NCBI GenBank assembly: GCA_048772705.1
Contig: JBLWGC010000034.1
Coordinates: forward strand, 1-21,381
Direction of reading: 5' to 3'
Length of the DNA: 21,381 nucleotides
From: Leidyana gryllorum EB-2025a
Taxonomy: Eukaryota; Protista; Apicomplexa
In this document: positions 16,383-21,381 of the stretch, one piece after another
Layout: each line of letters begins with the position of its first letter
Numbering within the stretch: the stretch's first letter is position 1
The notes under the pieces: generated by a model
What the model saw: only the letters and a program-made list of their open reading frames with translations
Told to the model about the DNA's origin: nothing
Database searches by the model: none
Made by a program: the position numbers and the translations under genes

Positions 16383-16455
16383 GGTGCGGTGGCCTAATGG
16401 ATATGGCATCGGTCTTCGGAACCGGGAGTTGTGGGTTCGAGTCCAATCCGCATCA
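16383..16455 (+). tRNA. trnR-TCG: tRNA-Arg(TCG)
   Basis: TCGGT-CTTCGGA-ACCGG; GGTGCGG/CCGCATC. Confidence 0.9.
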
Positions 16456-16539
16456 TAGCCTCGCACGCGGAAGACGTTCCGTTTCGACCGAGGCAAGCTT
16501 GCTAGCTGTGTGGGGGCCACTGCTGCGGATGTCGAGTTG

Positions 16540-16603
16540 AAGTGCTCGTGATATAATTTTCCTCCACTTGGAGGAAGTGCTCAATTCGATTCCCGAACAG
16601 TCC
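16540..16603 (+). pseudogene. highly decayed tRNA-Pro
   Basis: TTCC..GGAGGAAGT..TTCGATTCCCGAACAGTCC. Confidence 0.5.
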
Positions 16604-16680
16604 GTTTTTTAGTAGGGTGCAGACAGCTCGACGCAGAAATCGCCCCGAGTCTCTCGGGGTGCTGCGGCTCTTTCGCAATT

Positions 16681-16751
16681 GTACTTGTGGTCTAAGGGTA
16701 AGATGTGACCCTTCCAAGGTCGTAACCCGGGTTCGAGTCCCGGCAGGTGCA
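16681..16751 (+). tRNA. trnG-TCC: tRNA-Gly(TCC)
   Basis: TGACC-CTTCCAA-GGTCG, intact T-arm. Confidence 0.9.
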
Positions 16752-16821
16752 GGCGTATGTAGCTCGAACGACTGTCTATCAGTGAAGTGAGGGGACCGAG
16801 TGCCAATACAATACAACCGGC

Positions 16822-16901
16822 TGACAAGAGTCGGATTCGAACCCACGGCCTTTCGAACTCCGGCCGTAACACAGCGCCCTAGACCACTCGGCCATCTTGC
16901 C
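16822..16901 (-). pseudogene. tRNA-Leu body with ACG loop (probably from AAG)
   Basis: GGCAAGA/TCTTGTC, long variable arm, TT-ACG-GC loop, stem mismatches. Confidence 0.78.
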
Positions 16902-16995
16902 CCCGTGTTCTTGGCTCGCCACATTGCACGTTTTGTGTCCGTGAAGTCTCGAGAAGGAAGACTTTTGGGGTTGAAGTCCGCCGCGTTGACGAGCG

Positions 16996-17067
16996 TCCGA
17001 GATGAAGTAGTGGTCAGTATTTCCGCCTGTCACGCGGAAGACTCGGATTCGATGCCCGGTTTCGGAG
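16996..17067 (+). pseudogene. tRNA-Asp(GTC), degenerate
   Basis: D-arm and T-arm mismatches. Confidence 0.78.
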
Positions 17068-17123
17068 CACAGTTGATTCCGCTTTAAGATTGTTTGTTTT
17101 GGTTGTCGCTGAAAGTTGCGAGC

Positions 17124-17195
17124 TTCAGCCACCGGGAATCGAACCCGGGTCTTCCGCGTGACAGGCGGAAATACTAACCACTATACTATCTCGGA
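17124..17195 (-). pseudogene. chimeric tRNA-Asp(GTC) with Val 3' acceptor strand
   Basis: Asp to T-stem CCCGG, then TGGCTG and the Val downstream flank. Confidence 0.82.
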
Positions 17196-17289
17196 CGCTC
17201 CGAACACACCGGCCTGAAACCCCAAAAGTCCTTCCATCTTGAGATTCCAGGGATAGAAAACGCGTGGAGCGGCGAGCCAACAACATCCC

Positions 17290-17371
17290 TGCAAGATGAC
17301 CGAGTGGTCTCTGAGGCGCTGTGCTCACACCGGAGTCCGAAAGGTCGTGGGTTCGAATCCCACTTTTGTCA
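17290..17371 (+). pseudogene. tRNA-Leu pseudogene (CAC loop)
   Basis: Sister of 9224-9303 with CT insertion. Confidence 0.78.
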
Positions 17372-17408
17372 GGTTGCGCCCCAAACGGGAAAAAACATAG
17401 AGTCCGGT

Positions 17409-17480
17409 TGAGCCCAGAGTGATTTGAACACCCAACCTTCTGATCTGGAGTCAGACGCGCTACCGTTGCGCCATAGGCCC
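17409..17480 (-). tRNA. trnW-CCA: tRNA-Trp(CCA)
   Basis: TCTGA-CTCCAGA-TCAGA, intact. Confidence 0.94.
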
Positions 17481-17507
17481 AAAACCATCCCCCGTTCCAG
17501 ACTCATT

Positions 17508-17573
17508 TACCGGCAATCGGGCCCGCTTCTTAGGCGTGACATGCGAAAATAGTAACCACTATGCTATCTCGGA
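17508..17573 (-). pseudogene. decayed tRNA-Asp
   Basis: TCCGAGATAGCATAGTGGTTA, GCATGTCACGC. Confidence 0.7.
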
Positions 17574-17653
17574 CGCTCTGAACACGCCACGGACATTCCA
17601 TTCGTTCAGAAAACGGCCGTTACCGTGTACGAGCTTCAACAACAAGGTGCCAC

Positions 17654-17724
17654 GCATCTGTGGTCTGGTGGTAGAATGTCTCGTTGCCATCGAGACGGCG
17701 CGGGTTCGATTCCCCGCAGATGCA
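17654..17724 (+). tRNA. trnG-GCC: tRNA-Gly(GCC), variant
   Basis: T-stem altered. Confidence 0.85.
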
Positions 17725-17799
17725 GAGGACACACGGTTGCGTTTCCACCATTCAGAAATTCATGCGTGAGTTGGTGTTAAACCCTCCAACCACATCGCA

Positions 17800-17881
17800 C
17801 GACAACTGCTAGATTTGAACCAGCGCGGGCCCGGCCCAGTAGATTTCTAGTCTACCCCCTTAACCACTCGGGCAAGTTGCC
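17800..17881 (-). tRNA. trnS-AGA: tRNA-Ser(AGA)
   Basis: Near intact. Confidence 0.9.
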
Positions 17882-17997
17882 GCTGTCGAACTTGGCATCC
17901 CGCAGACAGTGGCTTCACATACGGTTCAGCAAGCTTGACTCATCCCCTGTCTCAAATAAGGGAACGAGTCTTTTTGAACTCCGCCTGCCACGTCACT

Positions 17998-18054
17998 CGA
18001 CAGCTGCTAGATCTGAACCAGTGGGGCCAGGCGATACTGACGACTCAGGCGGTT
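17998..18054 (-). pseudogene. internally deleted tRNA-Ser
   Basis: Copy of 1391-1447. Confidence 0.6.
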
Positions 18055-18077
18055 GAGACAGTGAGGCTGTGGGTTGT

Positions 18078-18150
18078 GCGGTAGTGGCGCAATGAATAGC
18101 GTGTTGCCCTCCGGAGGCAAAGGTTGTGGGTTCGAGTCCCGCCCACCGTT
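18078..18150 (+). tRNA. trnR-CCG: tRNA-Arg(CCG), variant
   Basis: Two substitutions. Confidence 0.85.
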
Positions 18151-18182
18151 CTCGTGGTCTCGCTCAACAGTGGAATCGAGAA

Positions 18183-18263
18183 GAGTGGCTGCCATTCGGA
18201 GCCATGCAGACTTGCGCCATCCAAACTCAAATTCGGCACCGCGGGCCACCACGCGATCTGTGC
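18183..18263 (-). pseudogene. tRNA-Leu(CAA)-derived element
   Basis: Copy of 1180-1260. Confidence 0.6.
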
Positions 18264-18417
18264 ACTCTACCCTTTGAGCTGGCGGTCTCCAACTTCGAAG
18301 AGCTATTGCATGCCGTGCTTGATGAGTGGACGATTGCCCATTGGAAATCTGCGGAACGCTGCTGGCAAGCTCGAGTCGCACGGCTGCGAGGGATGACACC
18401 AAATGTCACAACGCTTT

Positions 18418-18489
18418 TGCCCCGGCTGTGGATCGAACACGGGACTTCCAGATCTTCAGTCTGGCGCTCTCCCACTAAGCTACCGAGGC
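18418..18489 (-). tRNA. trnF-GAA: tRNA-Phe(GAA), degenerate acceptor
   Basis: Anticodon arm intact. Confidence 0.8.
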
Positions 18490-18577
18490 GGTAGGTAGTC
18501 ACGGAAGGCGATGAACATAAACACTTACCGCGGCGGTATGTGGGGTCACTCCTCGCCACATGACGGAATCGACAGTT

Positions 18578-18623
18578 GCCAACTTGCCCGAGTGAGGAAC
18601 TAGTGCAGATCCAGCAGTTGTCG
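18578..18623 (+). pseudogene. tRNA-Ser remnant
   Basis: Both ends present, middle deleted. Confidence 0.65.
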
Positions 18624-18713
18624 TGGTCAGACACCAACTTACGCGCATGAATCCTGTGGTGGAAATGATGCTATTTCCAGCATCAAACCCTCATATGGAT
18701 CGAGACAGAGGAA

Positions 18714-18774
18714 GCCTTCTTAGCTTAGGGGCAGAGCATTCGCTTAGTAAGCGAAAGGTCGCCGGTTCGATTCC
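18714..18774 (+). pseudogene. tRNA-Thr(AGT), 3'-truncated at the T-arm
   Basis: Perfect to GGTTCGATTCC, then another spacer. Confidence 0.85.
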
Positions 18775-18874
18775 TAGCCGGTGGTTCAACCTGCTGGGTA
18801 CAGTCGAGAGACTCGTCTCACTATGTGAAGTATCACTCAATGCCATGAGGTAGGCACAGAGGGAGGCTAGACCA

Positions 18875-18931
18875 GATGATGAAACGGTGCTTAGTATATG
18901 AAAGGTTCTGGGATCGATTCTCAGCCCATCC
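18875..18931 (+). pseudogene. decayed tRNA-Ala
   Basis: Copy of 1844-1902. Confidence 0.55.
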
Positions 18932-18998
18932 GAACTACATAGATGGAACCCTCGCCGGAGTAGTCTAGTTGGCCTATCAACGCTGTCTGCCAAAACCA

Positions 18999-19083
18999 TC
19001 CGGTGGGACGGAACGGAACCGAACCGCCGACTATCTGATGCCAGCACTACAGTCAGATGCTCTACCAACTGAGCTACCTCCGG
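18999..19083 (-). pseudogene. tRNA-Tyr(GTA) with 7-nt intron and T-loop duplication
   Basis: Same TGCTGGC intron; CGGAA duplicated. Confidence 0.82.
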
Positions 19084-19112
19084 CCGTCCAACTGCTCCGG
19101 GGTTCGAAAGGC

Positions 19113-19183
19113 TCAACCCCAGATCCTCGCCCTGTCGCACTGCGGTCTGAGCACAGCGCCGTAGACAAATCGACCATCTTGCC
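19113..19183 (-). pseudogene. tRNA-Leu(CAG) pseudogene
   Basis: Copy of 2088-2158. Confidence 0.7.
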
Positions 19184-19277
19184 GGGATGTTGTTGGCTCG
19201 CCGCTCCACGCGTTTTCTGTGCTTGGAATCTCATAATGGAAGAACTTTTGGGGTTGGAGGCCGGCGTGTTCAGAGCA

Positions 19278-19347
19278 TTTGAGATAGTATAGTGGTTAGT
19301 ATTTCCGCCTGTCACTCGGAAGACCCGGGTTCGATTCCCGGTCCGAG
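19278..19347 (+). pseudogene. tRNA-Asp(GTC), degenerate
   Basis: Copy of 2253-2324 with 3' deletion. Confidence 0.78.
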
Positions 19348-19418
19348 CAGTTCCAGCCCCTCAAAACTGCTGCAACTCAGATTCTGTCTCAGCTGGTCTG
19401 GCCCCCTGTGGGTGCCTC

Positions 19419-19490
19419 AGGTACTGGCAGGTTCCAAACCTGCGACTTTGTGGCTAAGAGACTTACTCTCTGCTGGCTGAGCTACGAGGC
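19419..19490 (-). pseudogene. tRNA-Lys(CTT)-like pseudogene
   Basis: Copy of 2397-2465. Confidence 0.55.
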
Positions 19491-19547
19491 TCAGCTACGA
19501 TGATTGGAGTTTGCGATAAGCTTGCAGGTGCCTAGTCGATGCAGTCA

Positions 19548-19619
19548 AGCCTTCTGCCGGAATCGAACCGGCGACCTTTCGCTTACTAAGCGAATGCTCT
19601 GCCCCTAAGCTAAGAAGGC
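19548..19619 (-). tRNA. trnT-AGT: tRNA-Thr(AGT)
   Basis: Intact. Confidence 0.95.
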
Positions 19620-19695
19620 AATGCAAGCCGAAGATCACGAATCAGTCACTATTGATGGAGATTACTGGAGCACTTTGCTCGAGTAGTCCGAGGAC

Positions 19696-19768
19696 TTCCA
19701 CTGCCGGGACTTGAACCCGGATCGTGCGGGTGAGAGCCGCATATCCTAGCCACTTAGACTACAGTGGA
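19696..19768 (-). tRNA. trnE-CTC: tRNA-Glu(CTC)
   Basis: Intact. Confidence 0.95.
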
Positions 19769-19849
19769 CAAGTTCCCGAGTTGAGGCTTCGGATGAGAGC
19801 CGTACCATCTTAAGATGAGGTGAAGCGTCGGGTCAACCGACAACCAACG

Positions 19850-19920
19850 GGGCTGTTCTGGGAATCGAACCCAGGACCTCTTCCACCCCATAGAAGAATA
19901 TACCACTAGACCAAATAGCC
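19850..19920 (-). pseudogene. tRNA-Pro, degenerate
   Basis: Anticodon arm degraded. Confidence 0.78.
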
Positions 19921-20054
19921 CCCTGTCGGTCGTGCAACCCGGTGAGCACAGTCGCGAGAGTGGTCATACTATGTTGAGAATCAACAATATGCGACGGGCT
20001 CTGCACAACAAAATGGAAGGACTTTTGGGGTTGGAGGCCGGCGTGTTCAGAGCG

Positions 20055-20126
20055 GCCGAGATGGTCTACTTGTTAGTATTTCCGTCTGTCACGCGGAAGA
20101 CCCGGGTTCGATTCCTGGTCTCGGAG
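20055..20126 (+). pseudogene. tRNA-Asp(GTC), degenerate
   Basis: D-arm degraded. Confidence 0.78.
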
Positions 20127-20166
20127 CACAGATTCTCTCTTTTGGTTCTCACTGAAAGTTGCGAGC

Positions 20167-20239
20167 TACAACCACCGAAGATCGAACTCGGGACCTTCTG
20201 CGTGTAAAGCAGACGTCGTAACCACTAGACCATGACTGC
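20167..20239 (-). tRNA. trnV-TAC: tRNA-Val(TAC)
   Basis: TCTGC-TTTACAC-GCAGA. Confidence 0.9.
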
Positions 20240-20299
20240 ACGAAAGCTTTGCGGAAACCAAGAGAAGTTGCGAAGTCTCAAGAAGTAGAACTAGTTGCG

Positions 20300-20368
20300 A
20301 GGTCGCGCCGGGAATCGAACCCAGCTCGGGAGATTCAAAGCCTCCAGTGCTAACCATTCACGACCAAC
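20300..20368 (-). pseudogene. tRNA-Gln(TTG), 5' end degraded
   Basis: GGAGG-CTTTGAA-TCTCC, intact T-arm. Confidence 0.78.
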
Positions 20369-20414
20369 AATTAAAAGAGTGTATGAAGCCATTGGGATTG
20401 GAAATGAATGCGTT

Positions 20415-20479
20415 CAGAGCTGGTACCCACCCGACCGTTGGCGTGGCAGGCGGAAATATAACTTTGATACCATGTCGGA
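20415..20479 (-). pseudogene. highly decayed tRNA-Asp
   Basis: TATTTCCGCCTGCCACGC block, positioned before Leu-Trp as at 9058 and 17124. Confidence 0.5.
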
Positions 20480-20567
20480 GGCACGCCCCAACCTCAGAGC
20501 CCAGCTTTTCCATTCTCTAGCTTCAACAGACAGGGAACGCTTGGAGTAGCGGGACAGGAACCGAGCT

Positions 20568-20647
20568 GATAAGATGGCTGAGGGGTCTAAGGCGCTGTAT
20601 TCAAGTCGCAGTTTGAAAGGGCGTGGGTCCAAATCCCACTCTTTTCA
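20568..20647 (+). pseudogene. tRNA-Leu, degenerate (CAA loop)
   Basis: AAGATGGCTGAG..CTAAGGCGCTG..GGGCGTGGG..AATCCCACTCTT. Confidence 0.75.
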
Positions 20648-20684
20648 GGTTGACCCTCACACGGGAAAAACAAAAGAGTCTGAT

Positions 20685-20754
20685 TGAGCCCATAGTGATT
20701 CGAAAACCCAACCTTCTGATCTGGAGTCAGACGCGGTACGTTGGCCATAGGCCC
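20685..20754 (-). pseudogene. tRNA-Trp(CCA), degenerate
   Basis: Anticodon arm intact; D and T arms damaged. Confidence 0.8.
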
Positions 20755-20809
20755 AAAACCATCCCCCGCTCCAGACTCATTACTTGGTGGTCAGGAATGG
20801 AGGTGTCAC

Positions 20810-20880
20810 GCATCTGTGGTCTAGTGGTAGAATGTCTCGTTGCCATCGAGACGACCCGGGTTCGATTCCCGGCAGATGCA
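20810..20880 (+). tRNA. trnG-GCC: tRNA-Gly(GCC)
   Basis: Intact. Confidence 0.95.
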
Positions 20881-20955
20881 GAGGACACATGGTTGCGTTT
20901 CCACCATTCAGAAATTCATGCGTGAGTTGATGTTTAACCCTCCAACCACATCGCA

Positions 20956-21037
20956 CGACAACTGCTGGATTTGAACCAAAGCGGGCCAGGCCCAGTAGAT
21001 TTCTAGTCTACCCCCTCAACCACTCGGGCAAGTTGCC
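20956..21037 (-). tRNA. trnS-AGA: tRNA-Ser(AGA), variant
   Basis: T-stem mismatch. Confidence 0.85.
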
Positions 21038-21320
21038 GCTGTCGAGCTTGGCATTTTGCAGCCAGTGGCTTCACATACGGTTCAGCACTGCTCGCGCCGG
21101 CACGAACCCGCGTTCTCCCATCAAACGTCTTGCGCGCCACCGACGGAGTTGGGGCGGCAAGGAAGCTCGCCCTGTACTTGGGGAAGGCCCAAGATCAATA
21201 CAAATGGAATTGGTTACTAAGTCCAAATCTGTATCAGAGATCCACTCACTTGATCACGCCGACATTCCATATTTTCCAAGACGGTACGGCTCTCGGCCGA
21301 AGCCCCAACTCAACCACTCG

Positions 21321-21381
21321 TCCACTGTAGTCTAAGTGACTAGGATATGCGGCTTTCACCCGCATGATCCGGTTCAAGTCC
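21321..21381 (+). tRNA. trnE-TTC: tRNA-Glu(TTC), cut by window end
   Basis: TGCGG-CTTTCAC-CCGCA. Confidence 0.8.

Larger units (their letters stand above)
17800..18774 (-). repeat. ~1 kb module, copy 4
   Basis: Same gene order and spacers. Confidence 0.88.

Noticed and set aside
17409-17480. 4-bp anticodon-stem Trp(CCA) able to read UGA
   Set aside because: Stem is a full 5 bp (TCTGA/TCAGA)
266-21335. Six-frame ORFs of 60-172 aa
   Set aside because: All overlap tRNAs or repeated spacers, frameshift between copies and show no recognisable domain
1-21381. CRISPR array or integron-like cassette array
   Set aside because: The recurring GGTTCGATTCC words are tRNA T-arms; spacers are repeated rather than unique; no cas or integrase gene
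1-21381. Bacterial or phage tRNA array
   Set aside because: No encoded CCA, eukaryote-type I34 anticodons, A54 T-loops, canonical Tyr intron, mixed strands
1-21381. tRNA-derived SINE cluster
   Set aside because: No common body, poly(A) tail or target-site duplications; many isotypes with their own flanks indicate DNA-level duplication

Overview
The whole 21.4 kb window is a very dense eukaryotic nuclear tRNA gene and pseudogene array. It holds roughly 130 tRNA-derived units on both strands (about one per 160 bp) and no credible protein-coding gene; the ORF track is tRNA and spacer read-through. Eukaryotic origin is shown by the lack of encoded CCA, GATCGA T-loops in tRNA-Ala and initiator Met, I34-type anticodons (AGC, AGT, AAC, AAT, AGA, AGG, ACG) and an intron at the canonical site in tRNA-Tyr. 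The array is a shuffled patchwork of 0.3-1 kb tRNA+spacer modules copied in direct and inverted orientation. Breakpoints often fall inside tRNAs, and many spacers are themselves decayed tRNAs. The most notable features are a structurally intact initiator tRNA with a CAG anticodon, Trp bodies with UCA (UGA-reading) anticodons, an Arg body with GCT and a Thr body with ACT. Also seen are a tandem duplication mimicking a new canonical tRNA intron in Cys, a 7-nt Tyr intron, a repeated U6-snRNA-like element, and a ~1 kb inverted repeat around a largely unique core. Coordinates were counted by eye, so pseudogene and repeat boundaries are approximate.
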